This document shows, piece after piece, positions 50,749 through 64,000 of a stretch of DNA of 64,000 bases. The stretch is taken from positions 11,231,009-11,295,008 of the forward strand of contig CAJINV010000001.1 of assembly GCA_905178155.1 (NCBI GenBank), read 5' to 3'. The notes under the pieces are model-generated. The model made no database searches. It saw only the letters and a program-made list of their open reading frames with translations, and had not been told where the DNA came from. The stretch's first letter is position 1, and the number at the start of each line of letters is the position of its first letter. This DNA is from Amoebophrya sp. A120 (taxonomy: Eukaryota; Protista; Dinoflagellata). A program made the position numbers and the translations under genes.

Positions 50749-51313
50749 AATGATAATGATTGCGATTGGCTCACCTGGCCCATTCATTCTAAAGGAGGTC
50801 GCTGGTATCCTCGCTTGTTGCGCTTCTCATTTGCCTAACGCTAACGGCTACGTGCGACTTATGCAACTGCTGTGAATAATGTATCGTATAGCTTTGCTTC
50901 TACTTTTAGTAGAAGGTCACTGAACAAAGAAACGCATCAATCTCTTTTCGCTAGCCGTTGAGTGGCTGAACTTAAATTTTCCTTTGTGGCATTGTTCGAC
51001 CTTGTTGCTTGCGCTGGTGCGTGCGCGGATTTAGTGAGAGACAAAGAAAAGTGCGCAATGCGAATGAGTTCACTTCGGTGCGCTTTCGTCAGCACACTGA
51101 CGCGAGGACAGGAGGGCACATACAAGGATCGGCTTCTTAAAGCGAATCCTAGGGTTAGTGTGTGCAGTCCGAGTTTCAACCAGTAAGCCATTGTTCTACG
51201 TCTATATCGGTGCTTACGCAAAACTGGAATTCCAGATTCATCAGCAAAAGAAAAACAGGAAATAATAGGAGAAAAACGAACAACGTTGTAAACAGTGATA
51301 CAAGGAGGTCAAG

Positions 51314-53567
51314 ATGTTGAACCGCGTGGGCAGCTGGTTTGTCAAGAAGCTGGATAAAGACGGTGATGGGAAAGTTACCATTGATGAGGTGGAAGAGATG
51401 GTGGAGGATGCAAACAACCGCATCCGAAAGACCATCGCGCCGGTAGCACTACAGACGGATGTCTCTGGATGCTTGAAAATTATTTCACGCAACCAGCAAC
51501 GCTGATGATCATCGACACACATATTTCCAAGAAAATATTTTTGGTGACCGGTCGGAGAACATCATATATGCGTACGTTTCCATGGAAATACAACAGGTAC
51601 AGGGTTTCCTACAGAAATACCGTTGGACCGCCGAGTTAGGCGTTGGGTATGTCGGCTGCTTCTACGGCGGCAACTTTTCGCATTGTTTCCTCTGCGCCAG
51701 CGCCTTTCAATCCGCGGAGGGCCAGGCGGTTGTGAAGAATTTGAAGGAGTTGCAGCAGATCACCAGGGTGAGTAGTACAGAGACAATTAATCTTGCGGTC
51801 TCCTCGTTTTTTCTTCGCGTATCGCAGCAATTATGAAGCGCTCAAGTTGCTGCATCTGCATGCTATGTATAATGAATTATCGGAAACGGAATTCAACATC
51901 TGAATCGCCAAAATAAACCCCCTCTAGGAATCAACGAAGCGCTTTACTGATTCCCTTGGCGCGGACGGTGCCATTCTGGTGGCCGCTTCCAGCGGTTCCG
52001 CGAGCAATGACGGCTCCCCAAGCGACGATAGCGTGGAGATTCCATCCTCGACGTTCATGGCAATTTTGACCAGTGTGGAGCCAGACCGAATCTCAAAGTG
52101 CGTGCGCAGCTGCTACACTGGTAGAATACAACGTACTAGAAGTTGTGTTTGTGTTATCAACGATCTTTATTGAATCAAACCCTGAAGCTGAACAAGATGT
52201 CACCATGCATCCATTTCTCAAGTCCCTGGACGAGCACCTCCGATGTAGAAAGCGTTTGACAAGAGAAGCGAAAGCTTACGATGGTGACATAGATGTTCTC
52301 CATACTGATTAAGCGGAAGCGCTAGCTAGCATGAGGCACTTCACGAACCGGAACTGGACCCTGAAACAATTTCTACAGGTCTCCTCGTGGCGCTGTGCTC
52401 TGCAATAAACGACAATGCTGCAAAGCTGGGCTTGGGATTGACGCTGGGAGACCGCATTGCAACTTTTCTCATCTCCATTGCAGACCGATTTATGTCAGAG
52501 GTAAGATGAACGTTGCGCGAGAAGTGAGTACTATTTGATAACAGTGCAGTGTCAGTGTCCATGCCCAAGATTGTCTGAAACTGCGCTCTGACTTCCGATA
52601 GATAAAGCAGTGACATTTACGTTTTCCGAGCAGGTAACAACACCCTGGTATTGTGGTTGAGCGAGACGAGTCAAACAACAAATTGACCATGAAAAATTCA
52701 GGCGGAAGAGAAGATTGCCCTGGAAGACGGCAGTGCGGCAATCGAGGACAACGCCAACGATGCCAACGCAGATGATTCCAAAGAAGGCAAAGCAGTCGTC
52801 CCGTTCAATAAGAAGAAGGGAAAGAAATCCCAGACACAGGCGCTCGCGTGGACGAAGTTGGCAATCCGGGGATGCGCGAGCCTAAGCGAGGGAAAAGAAT
52901 GTCTGGTCTCGGTGTTGAGATATGCAGTTTTGTAGTTCCCCTTCCCCGCAAGCAGCTGTGGTAGTGTGTATGATTTGTCTAGTAAGAACGCACCGCTTGC
53001 CGGTGCAGACACCTACGAGGTGCAAGAATGCATGAAAAGGCACATGCGAACAAAACAAAACAAATTTCGTAAAACCGGGTCAGGCACAACATTTCGACTT
53101 TGATTCCGGAGTTTGGGCGTCTACATCTCCTGGAAATTGAAAGACATGGCTGCGGTAGTTTTTTTGTGAGGTTATGACACCCTCCGCCTCCTGAGAATCC
53201 CCTTGATTTCCTTCCTCCAGATGCTTCATTTCATTTTTTCTCTGGACTACTAGCTAGTATTGCTTATTGTTCTGACTACTCTTACTCTAGACGTTCAGAA
53301 ACAAATAAAACTATCGAAACTCTACAGACCTGGTCTACGTGTCACTGGGGTGGATGCAAGATTGCGACCAGCTTCTTCGAGTTGATGGCACACGAAGACG
53401 CCGCTTTGCAGGAAATGCTCGGCTTTGGTATTGGTGGTCTTGGCTTTGCCTATCACTTGCGGCACTTTAACGGCCCCGAGCTACCGACAGTGCTGAAGCC
53501 AATCCTGATGCCGTTCACCTTCCTCGAAGCGTTTCTCCGTGGTATCACCCTGGCTAACAACAGCTGA
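51314..53567 (+). CDS. Multi-exon membrane protein with an N-terminal EF-hand-like loop
   Basis: LDKDGDGKVTIDE followed by several hydrophobic/Gly-rich helices; exons linked mostly by GT-AG introns; ends ...LEAFLRGITLANNS. Confidence 0.65.
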
Positions 53568-56500
53568 GGAGCTGGAGCTGCAAGGCGCAGGCGCCATTGA
53601 TTATTCTGAGTTCGAAAAATTATAGCGAAATTAATCTAGTGAAAGAAATAGAAAGATTGGAATGTTGGTAACTAATCCCTATCCCATATTTTCCCTTCGT
53701 CTCTGTTATCAGAGGTCGTTTTAAAGTGTGTTTTACATTTGTATGAAAAAGGTAACTGTTATTGTTGTGGAGTGTTGAGAAGTTTCTCTACCCATTGAAA
53801 AACCTGATTGAAAAAGATCGCCTTATAATATAAGATTGTTGAAAATGGAGATACCATTGTCGGCAGTTACTGCCAAAAAATATTGTACGACTGCATCGCA
53901 CTCGAGTTTTACCTAACTTTGGTTTAGCTCGATCTGGCGGGGAAACCCCACAGGCCCATCCACGTATGGATATGGTAAGGTATGATCCAGCGCACAAGCA
54001 TAAATGAAACCGACCTCATGTAAAAAAATGTATCAAACGCGAAGTTACAACGAAATACATGATACATCTTGTACTAAATAACAAAAACACAGTTGTAGCA
54101 ATCTACTTCTATCCCCTCGTACCCAACATTTTCCCAAAAATACGTCGGCTGATGTATGTGTCTTGCGACAAAGAGAAAGACCAAGATGACTAAAAGAATC
54201 AATAGAAAACCAAGATTGATTTTGCATTTCTACTGACCGGAAAAGGTATAACAACAAAGTAAAGGAAACAACAAGAAAATGAAAAGCGAAACAGCAAGGT
54301 CGAGGCGAAGTTGAAAGCCAAAGCTATGACAAAGAGACATATGGTTTTGGCCGAGGTGAAGTTGTGTACGCCCACGAGGAGGGGAACAGAGATGAAGCTG
54401 CACCAGCGCCAGACTACGTGACAGCATTGTCCCCTCATGTTCAGGAGCACGAGCACCACAAAGTAATTGGGCTCTTTTGTGTTCCTTCGAGCAAATACAC
54501 GACGCCCCTTTTTTTGTTCAGGTTTCTGTATCATGACGTTGACGACCACGAGAAACTGGCTCTTGCTGGTCAGTGTTTCTCGTGACGATGTGATCCATCT
54601 TGATCAACGAAGAAATGGAGCATGCCAGATAGGATAGCGTCCTACGTCCTAGTGTTAGATCCAGTCCCTGTTTTGTGGAAATAGCGTGAAATAAATCACC
54701 CCACTTCACTTCTAGACGTACCTGCTACATCAACGTCAGCCGTCTCATCATATTACTTTTGTTTGGCGTTGGCCACGGTTCTTCCGTTTGTTTCAGAGAT
54801 CTCGCGAAGTCGCCCTTGTTTCTCGACGCGGCACATGCTGAGCTGGTGCTCGGTGATACATAGATCAACGATCATCAGAAAACTACCCCCGATCTACCTC
54901 TCATTTGTACCTTTCGCCGGCGTGGTGCAAACTACGTTACGCAAGCAATAAACTTACTTACAATTGCACTTCTGTAGTTCTTGTTGTAGTTGCTTGTAAT
55001 GCTAGGTCTTGTTTCCTAGTTGCCCGAAGGATGACATGCTAGTCGCGTTTTTGTTTTTCAGTCGGACGACGCTATAAGTTGTTCGCAAGCACCAGGTGCA
55101 ACGAAGAAAATGGATCGTGGTCGTGTAGCAGAGACAGTGACAGAGTCAGTCTATTCCCGAGGGGTCCTTCAAGATCGTAAAATAGGGCGAGAAAACCGAA
55201 GCAAATGACAACCTCTACGAAGTGCTGACTACTATGAATACTGACAATGGCACTGCATGCTGCATCTAGATAAAACCACCAAACGCAGCTAGAAGAAGTT
55301 CGAAGCACTCTGTCGACGAGGCGAACGCCAAATCAAGATGGTTTCAATCAAAATCAACTGGCAGATGAAAAAGTTACAGTTAGGCATTTTCATTTAGTAT
55401 TAGTCTCGGCTCTTCAGAAAGACTAGGATGGCTCACCACGGTCTGGAGAACAAGTAGGACTAGTTGAAGAGCAAAATCATAATCAACAAATCTGTGGCTC
55501 CCTCGCAATTTAGATTTTTCTACTTAAACTTATTTGAAATGAACTGCGATCGAGTATCTTCAGTCACGTTCGGAGTACTACCCACCGGCTATACTACATA
55601 ACTTGTCTCCACGCGCCTTATCTCGGTTTCTAGCTAGGCACTAAGATTTTAACACCAGCATTAGCCTCCCGTACTACCTTACATTTCCTTGGTTTTTTTT
55701 CCGAGTCACTTCTTCACTGTCACTTTTCCGAAAAAACCTCGAAGCCAAAATAAACCGACGCCCTGGAGCTCATGTACTTCTACTTACGCTTTTCTTTTTC
55801 CAAGAAACTGAAACCAGCACTAAGTCTAAGGAAGCGAAACAATAAGTACAACTCTCTTTCCTTATCTTTCGATTCCTACGCCAGCCACAAGGACAAGGGA
55901 ATTTTCATGAGCGCTTCATCACTTTGACTTTTATTTTCATGATTGTCCTCACCTTTCGTGACATGTTTTGATGTGTTGTCCACCTGTGTAAAATAGCTAA
56001 TAAAATATGAATGTATAGCCATATTCACCTACCTCCAGTCTTCCTTTTGTATTTCTGATATCCTTGTCTATCTTCCTTCGGCGCCGTATTTTATACCAGT
56101 AAAGTTTGTTTCTTATTTTCGGTAGTTGTTGTGTAGCCCTAGCCCTCCCTGTTCTGGATAAAAAATGCGTGTTTGAATAATAACTACCGGTAACTCCGTG
56201 TCCTTGTACTTTTTGAAAGGCGTAAAGTCTAAGTCATTTTGGCCGCCCACATCCCATAGATGTCGCGCGGCACGTACTCGATTTATCTCTTCGACGTTGG
56301 CTTTCTTCCAAGATGGAAAAGGAGGACGTAGTACACATGATAAACTACAAGCGCCAAAACTGAAACGAGAGGCCACTGCTGGACGACGAGAACATCGCCG
56401 CAGGACGACATCAACGTCGCCGCCTGCAGTTTATGCGTGACAAGCTAATGCGTATGCGGCTGGGAAGATGACAGAGAAGTGGGGAAAGTTGTAGTTGTGC

Positions 56501-57531
56501 AGCAATAATTTGTTACCTTCACGTTACAAGCTCGCTGTCGTCTATTTTTAGTCAGAAGTCCCGGCTCATCGATTTTTTCTGAAGAGAGTGAAAGTTTGTA
56601 ATTGCTGGAATGTCCAAGTTGTTAATGCGAACGTGTAGGAATAGGAAGAGTTTGTCTTCGTGTGCACTTCTCCTCATCCGATTCTTTTTCTTGCAGACCC
56701 CACAGCATAAGCATTATGTTGCATTTCTTCATACGACCGGGACGGAGCTGCAACTACCGGAAGCCGATGGTTGCAGAAAGCAGGGGACGACACTATCGCC
56801 GTAGGTGGACCACGGGGTCGACATCTTCGACAGGCTCCAGTGTGTCTGTCGCGCGGAAGGCCAGCAACAGCATCTACCTACCTTCGGACGGAAAATAAAG
56901 CCGAACTTCAGCTGGAGGACCGATCGCCCGGGAAATTCTTCAACTCGGGCACGGAGGAAGATGACCAGTGGGCTTTTCGCCATGGTCGAGGAAAGAAAGT
57001 TTACGCACCACGCTGTTTGAGATTTGACGGAAGAGCGCTACTGTAGAGTAGTAGCAAAGAGGCAGGCCGAAAGAACAAGCTGCACGAAACAACATCTTCC
57101 ACATCGTTCTTTGACGAACATCAAGAAGGACCTGCTGAATTACCCCTACTAGTACAGAAATATTCGAGAAGCAAAACCGAAAGCATAGTTGTGACTTTCA
57201 CGTATTACATAAATACAATATCGATAGTACAGTTACAGCGGACGACAAGATTTGACAGAGAAAAAAGCAAAGACGCAGTTCTGCTGCTCGAGAAGAACAA
57301 GAACAAGAAGTGTACAAAAGAAGTTCAAGAAGTTTCCATGGGACGCACAGGTGCAAGTTTTAGTTCCAGCTCAACTTCCAAAGAAAACCCGCAGCGGGAA
57401 ACCGAGACGCACGAGGCCGCACCGAATCCCTCGACCACGTCCACGCTGAAGAAGCACCACAAGCTATCCAGCTAGGGGCCCCCGTCCCCGCTCGACCCCT
57501 AGTACTGCGACGATAAAGCGTCGTAAAAACC

Positions 57532-60500
57532 ATGTCACTGATGCGGTCTTACCACCCCTCCGGGCTCAGCGGCCGTGCTTCGTACGCTGAGCTGAAGCTG
57601 TATCGCCTCCGTGGAAACATCCATCGAAGCGAAGAGGACAGTATCTAGATGAAGATTTTCTGACTGTTACATACTTTATTCTACTTGGAAGATTAATTTT
57701 AATATAACGAGCCCAGCCGAAGCGAGCAGAAGTCAAAGGTTTTTTTTTTATGCGTGTTCTTCATCTTCAATCGACCTGTATCAAGTACAAAAAAAAATGC
57801 AGGCCCCGAGACGTATGTCCTGCGCATTGGTAGCTTCATGACGATGGGTTTCATCAAGGAGCGCTTGGCGGCACATTTGAATCGTGCGAGGGGCACCAGG
57901 GGCAATATTGTCACCGTCGAACAGCAGGAGGCTGATTCATTTTCATCGAGCGGAGTCGGAGTCGGGGGCAGTACTAGTGCATCCGAAGTCGAAAAAATCA
58001 AGACAACGTCTTCTACTTCCGCAGTAGTGCACTCCCATCCCGAGGTTCGCCCAGACGACCTGCGGATCATCTACAAAGGCATCGAAATCGGTGCGGGAGC
58101 GAACGGATCTAGCACCGTGATGATGAAAGAGTTTGGCTTGATCGAGGGGGAGAAGCACACTGCAGATTACCTCCTCCCGGTCGACGGGCGGCCACACTCA
58201 GAAGAAGAACTGCTCGAAAAGCTCGCGGCCGCGGAATCTACCATGCTGCAAAAAAACGAGAATATTATCGGAAGTAACTACAGCTGCAGCCTTTGTTCCC
58301 TTTCTCCCACTCTGGAACCTACCACCCCCGGTGCTGTGCCTCTGTTGGAGGATCGCACGCCAGCACTGCTTCCCGCTGCCGGATCCGGTCCTTCGTTTGC
58401 AAGTCTCCCGATCCGGCCACGTGGCCTCAGTGTGTGCCTCGGCAGCGCGACCGCTCTGGCGAGGCAGTCAAGTGGACCTGCGACGCCACTCACGCGGAAG
58501 CATGCTGCTGTATATGGAGGTTTCGGAGCCGCTTGTCGTGCTGCTCTCGGGACAGCTCCTCAGACCACGCTGCTGCCCACGACCCCGGAGCGTGGCCACG
58601 TTGCTGAGTTTGCGAAGTCGCCCTGCTCTCCAAATTGTAGTTGGGCGGGACAAATCAGAGCTCCTGTGGTCACAGGTGGATCATCCAAAAAGGCTTTGAA
58701 TTCATCCGCTCTCGCCCACCCGTCGACCGAGGCTGCTGCCCACGTTGTGCTCGTGAATCCCCTTGATAAAGCAACACTTTCTACTGTCGCTGCTCACGAC
58801 CGGCTGGATGAAGATGATGCTCAACATGGAGGCTCAGGTTTTACCACGACAGTACTAGAGAGTGATGAACAAGTTCGGGAGCTGCGAAGTCAAGCGGGTG
58901 AAGCAACAAGTTCCGCACGTAATTTTCAAAACGGGGCTTCAAGGACCACTGCCAGCACGCGGCGCGTTTCTTCCATGGAACAAGGCGAAACGCCATGTCC
59001 TGCTTCTCCCAGGCAACGAAGCGATGGAAGCACCGAACGATTTCCAGCGGTCGGGGCAAATATGAACACAATCGCCAGATGTCCTAGTACTTCGATTGAA
59101 GAGTATCCCAACGTTGCTTTCACGACCAGCAGTGCCGACGAGGACTCTTGTGCCGCCAGTTTGGGCACGACCAGTCGCTCTCCAACGGGGGAAGCGAACA
59201 TGATTTCCGCTGAGGGAAGCAGGAAGCAAGGACCTTGGAGTCCAAGAACTGGTAAGAAAAAACAGGAGGAGGTTGAGGACGATGACAAAGTGGCCACTTT
59301 TATCGCGGACCCGCAGGCCTTTATGGACTCCGATGTGGAGCACCTAGTGCAACAAGCGGCCGACGCTTTCACGAACGGCGCGTCGCCGCAGCTCACTCCC
59401 GATGGAACGAGTGGGACCTACCGAATTTACGACTCGGCACACCCGACTACTGTTCCACCGCGCCCGAAGAAAAACAAGAATAAGAGAGCTGCGCCTCATA
59501 GTTGTACTTCTACACACGAAGACGTGGAGCCGGAAGAGAGGAGTACCGCAGGAAGTCGAAGTCCATCTAGAGGTTTGGATAACTATGTGAAGGAGTCCCA
59601 GAAGTATAGCAATAGTGTGGCCGCGACCCACAGCCAGACTAAAACCATCGACACCTCCCTGAAGACGTTGCTCGTGATGCCCAGCAACTCGGAGGAAAAC
59701 AGTAATGGCCAGTCGGAAGGTAGCAGCTCTCACTGCGAGCAGCACAAGCCGCGAAGTAAAATGCCTCCGTGGCGTCCGCGCCGGCTTCGGGGCACCACCT
59801 TCTCGCAGCTCTCATCCAGCGGGGACTCGCTCGTCTCGACCACCGCCCCACCGGAATCCGAGCAGACTTGGACGTCCAGCAGCATGGCTTCAGCACCAAC
59901 GGCGAGCCTGGGGTCAATCGACCCGGACACAACTGAGGGGCTGACAGCGTGGTCCTACAGCCTCAGCAGCGAGGGACCATCTCCATCCTCTTCCGCGACG
60001 AACAAATCGAGCCCAGTGAGTCATGGATTAATACTGGGCAGCACTGGTGGTTTCGGGAAAAGAACAGACGTAAACATCAAGAACCAACAGCACAGCGACC
60101 TCTCTGCGGTGCTGTCTACTGCAGGCGCAGCTACCAAGAACACCGGTAGAAAATACATTCCGCCACATGCCCGCTTTCGGTTCACAAACAAAAATTGTTC
60201 TTCAACGGCCGCCTCAGCAGCCGCTGAAGAAGGTATGCGCATGGATGTCCAGGAGCGTGCGGCGGGTGCTCGACCAGATGCGGTCGATGATAACGAAGCC
60301 CCGGCGTGGTCGGGTACTGGAAAAACTCGTAGTAGCCAGGACCACTTTGACTTTTCACTGGTAGACGACGCGCATGGAGAAGTGGAAGCGGACGGCGTCG
60401 ACGGTGACCGCCTCGCGTACAGGGGGAGCGAGGAAGTGGAAGTACCGGGTCTGCTGCAAGAAAATCGCACGGAGGACTCGGACCATTCGCACAGGACCGC

Positions 60501-63500
60501 TTCGACCGCAACCTCCACTCCAACGGTCGGCTCGGTTGTATCGCTAGTATCGGACATCAACCTGACGATGAACAATATCAATATTAAGTCCAAGCCACAA
60601 ATAAACCAAAAAACGCGGGGGCAACTACAACATTATGCGTCTCCAACTAGCTCTAGTAGTGCGATGAACTACAACGCTACGAACACGTCGGCGCATGTAG
60701 CTTCACAGCAGTCACACCATAATCCAATGCGCATGTTGTTAACTGCTACCTCCACCTGTTCGCAACTGAAAGTGATTCCAGAGCGAGATTCCGTCAGGTC
60801 AGGCTCCTCATTTTCCGCTGACGGAACCTCTCACCGAACGGAACGGGTAAGCTCTTGCCTCGAGGAGCCCCCGGACACGACCACCGCCATGGCGCGCACG
60901 GCCTCGGGAAAGTTGAAAAAGAAGTCCGCGTTCCTCGAGATGCACAAGGATTGCACTGACCGCGAGCATCTGATCGGGTTTTTCAAGCCCCGCGACGAGG
61001 AGGTGCACGCCCCGTTCAATCCCCGGGGCACGCAGTCCAAGGTGCCCGACGTGGAATCCAGTCGACCGGGCGTGTACGCAACGCAGCAGGCCTGCCGGGA
61101 GGTCGCGGCCTACGTCATTGACCAGGGGTACGCGGGGGTGCCGCCAACTGTCATGGTAAAATATGGTTTTTTTGTGGGTCGCTGATCTTCGCCAGATGAC
61201 GAGACTCAGACTCGTCGTGGTCTTTGAACTGATTAAATAGAAACCCCGAATGTCTGATGTCTGTGCTTCGAATTCAGATTTCTTGGGGCATTTTGACGAA
61301 CGAAAAAAACTTTAAAGTTAAACTACAAGCACGACTTCACTCTATCGTCTCAATAAATTTCTATCTCAGTGTCGAGCCCGGCATCCGGTATTTTGCAATC
61401 CGGAAACGGGGTTGATCTGGAAGCATGGTAGTCTGCAGCAGCCCGTGGATTCGGCCCGTGACTCGATGGAAGACTTCGGTCGGTCGATGTTTTCCCCGGA
61501 ACAGATCCACCGAATCGGCATCCTGGACGTCCGCATTCTGAACATGGATCGGAACGAAGGAAACTGCCTGGTGAAGCGGAAAAAGGTCGTCCGGGCGCAG
61601 GAGCAGCCCGGTCGACCCCTGCCAAATTTTGCGTGCGAGGACGATGTAGTGCAGCACGAGGAGCACTTCGAGGAGGACCCGAAGGAGGTCGAAGTGCTGG
61701 AATTGGTTCCCATCGACCACGGACTGTCGCTCCCTGACCGCCTGGATATTTCCGCAAACGATCTCGCCTGGATGAAGTACCCGCAAGCGAAACTGCCGTT
61801 TTCCCCCGAGACGCTCACCTTCATTCGCAGTCTAGACGCTCACCACGACCGAGAACGCCTGCGAAAGTATTGTGGAATCAGATCAGATCCGCTGCGCCTG
61901 CAATGGGTATTCATTGTTGTACAGCTTTCTAGATTTAAAAAGTTTTGTCATCTGTGATTCTTCTTTTTTCCGTACACGACACGACACGATCACAATTTCG
62001 CTCCGATTCAACATCTCCAAGAAGATGCAAAAATTTTACAAAGACGACACTGACCAGCATGCCCTTGCCCGGCACCGCAGCGATTAATACGCCTCCTGCA
62101 GTGCATGTTGTTCGTAGAAAGCGCAAAGAGTTCTTGTTGTATGAAAGATTTTTAATATGATAATATGCCAAAAGGAAAACACAATCAATATACAGGCGGC
62201 CACGATCCTGCTGCAAGTGTGTGCTGGGGAAGGGCTGACGCTATACGACATTGGGTGCATCCTGTACAAGGATGTCGAGCCGCAGCAGGGCGGCTTGGCA
62301 CCGCAAACATCGGAGCCCGCGACCGGAGTTTCTGTTTCCTCTGTGGGACCACACCATCCGCTTCTCCTGCACCCATGCGTGTTTGAGAAGCTGATTCGGC
62401 ATGCCATGTTGGCAACGGTTGGCTACGTGACCCGCAACAACTACATCGTCAGCCCGTGCTTTGCGCCGAGGAACACGAGTCACCTGCCCCGCGGGGTTAC
62501 CGGCGCGCTTGCCCAGTCGCCCGGCGGTCCGCGGATCCAATCTACCTCCAGCCCGAAGTTGATTCCGTCAGATCTGATTAGCCCGAAGAAACAACCGAAA
62601 AAAATCCGTTCTCCAGCTGCTACTGTTGCGTCTTGTTCCACGCCCCGGTGTCCTGCTCCGCCTCCGGCTTCTCTACCTCCTGAGGCACTGGATCATAAAG
62701 AAAGGCAGGTCGAGGTCGAACAGACGAGCAAATCAAACTCCAACCGAAATAACTATGTGACCGCTGCTCAAGCAGCAGCAGCAGCAGAAGGCCGAGCAAA
62801 AGAAGCAGGGAGTAGAATAGCGTCGCCGCCAAGAAATTCTTGCAGCATAACTCCGGATCTGGTTTGTGATGTTGATCGTCCTTGCACGACGAGCACTGCC
62901 TTGGCGGTCGAGGCTGTAGGGATCGTGCCAGTTCCTGCCACAACTGCGGACCGGATTGATGAGAAATCGTTTCCGCCTTCCCAGGCTACAAAGGGAGAGC
63001 AGCTCCAGCTTGCATTGCCAGCATCTGGTGCATTACGAGTCCGGCATACAGATACACACGACCCGTCTCGACCTGGATCTACTTGCGGCGCTGGAGTAGA
63101 GGACGGTGCGCTAGACATGTTGTTTGTCGAGGAAGACAGGCGGGAGCAGCTCGAGGTCAAGAGTTCGTTGTACAGGTTCCCCGCCAAAACTCCGGACGAG
63201 GACTGCTGGTATCAGAATTGTATCGCTTTCAGATCTCCTGCTGCTGCTTCAAGAAGTGCTGTGGCACTAAAGAGCTGCAAAGTGAAACAAGTGCCGATGA
63301 ATAAAGCGCCGGACTATCGGAAACGACTGTCCGAAAGCTCGCCAGTTGATGTACAAAAGCAGCCCGAGTTGAAGAAGCACTGCGGGCCAGGGCGGCGAGA
63401 TTTACCTCTTCAGCAGCTGGTGAGGACCAGCAATTTCAACGCCGCTTCGATGTGGTCATTCACCTCCGAGGAGAGTAAGCAGAACAACATCAAGTTCGGA

Positions 63501-64000
63501 ATCCGGGACGAGTACAACACCGAAAAAACCCCCGACGTCCCGTTTGCTTCTCCAGCGGTTTTCTTTGGACCCCATGACAACCGGCATCGGCTTTGCAGCG
63601 ACTTTGCCGCTCTGTTCGCGGAAGAAGCGGCTGCAAAATCCCCGCAGATTGCGCAACAAGAAAAGGGAAACAACCAGAGTTGCCCAGACTTGAACTTGTT
63701 GCATCAAAGAGTGCCGCTAGTACCTCATCCACCCGGCACGCAAAGGGACGAAGATCCCGGTCTTGTTTTCGGCACGCACGACATTCAGATTTCACAGTCA
63801 ACGCTGGACGAAATAGACCAGATGTCACTGACCCTAAGTCCGCCAAGCGGGGTCGTTCTCCCGCCACTTGTTCCGAATGCAACTACGAGCTGCGCGACCA
63901 TCACCAATTCATGTTTGAGTGTCGGCAATGCTTCCAACTCCGTCCCCGAGTTCGCGCTAACGGGCTTCCCGGATTCTCCGGTCCGCAGTAGCTCTCTGGA
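57532..64000 (+). CDS. Type II phosphatidylinositol 4-kinase (PI4K gamma-like) with a ubiquitin-like N-terminus; 3' end beyond the window
   Basis: DGTSGTY, IGFFKPRDEE, REVAAYVID, GVPPT, GSLQ, IHRIGILDVRILNMDRNEGN, LVPIDHGLSLP and GLTLYDIG motifs. GT-AG introns at about 57641-57802, 61157-61369 and 61907-62195. Confidence 0.9.

Noticed and set aside
53600-57500. Long gap searched for an autonomous transposase or RNA gene
   Set aside because: Only short ORFs; no TIR pair or RNA structure could be supported by eye.
61908-62190. tattcattgt...acaatcaata end complementarity inside a canonical PI4K intron
   Set aside because: Only about 10 bp, no TSD, and the register is off by one, so it is too weak to call an element.
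1-64000. Genome-wide stop-codon reassignment
   Set aside because: Conserved genes end at TAA, TAG and TGA where expected, and only one internal stop was seen.

Overview
Eukaryotic, intron-containing DNA with about 16 protein-coding genes, all on the + strand. The co-oriented genes, long low-complexity protein insertions, an ApiAP2-type gene and inverted-repeat introns point to a myzozoan or dinoflagellate-lineage genome, most like the syndinian parasite Amoebophrya (inference). Recognisable genes: an EF-hand Ca2+ sensor, a tectonic-family ciliary protein, a MYCBP/AMY-1-like protein, IMPACT/YIH1, a class I SAM methyltransferase, an LRR protein, an AhpC/TSA-like redoxin, a Cys-repeat membrane protein, a GT-B glycosyltransferase, a probable mitochondrial AP2-domain protein and a type II (gamma-like) PI4-kinase. 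The main finding is a set of at least 10 short (112-446 bp) non-coding elements with 5'-TAY...ATA-3' ends, terminal inverted repeats and 5-bp target-site duplications (TSDs). Nine interrupt coding sequence and one sits next to a candidate start codon. Removing an element plus one TSD restores the reading frame, so they behave as mobile, mostly non-canonical introns (introners). They form at least 3 families, share a phased subterminal TGT[C/G]ATGC[A/G] motif, show left/right TIR covariation, and one carries a nested insertion. The glycosyltransferase has an in-frame TGA inside a conserved motif. All exon structures were inferred by eye without transcript data.
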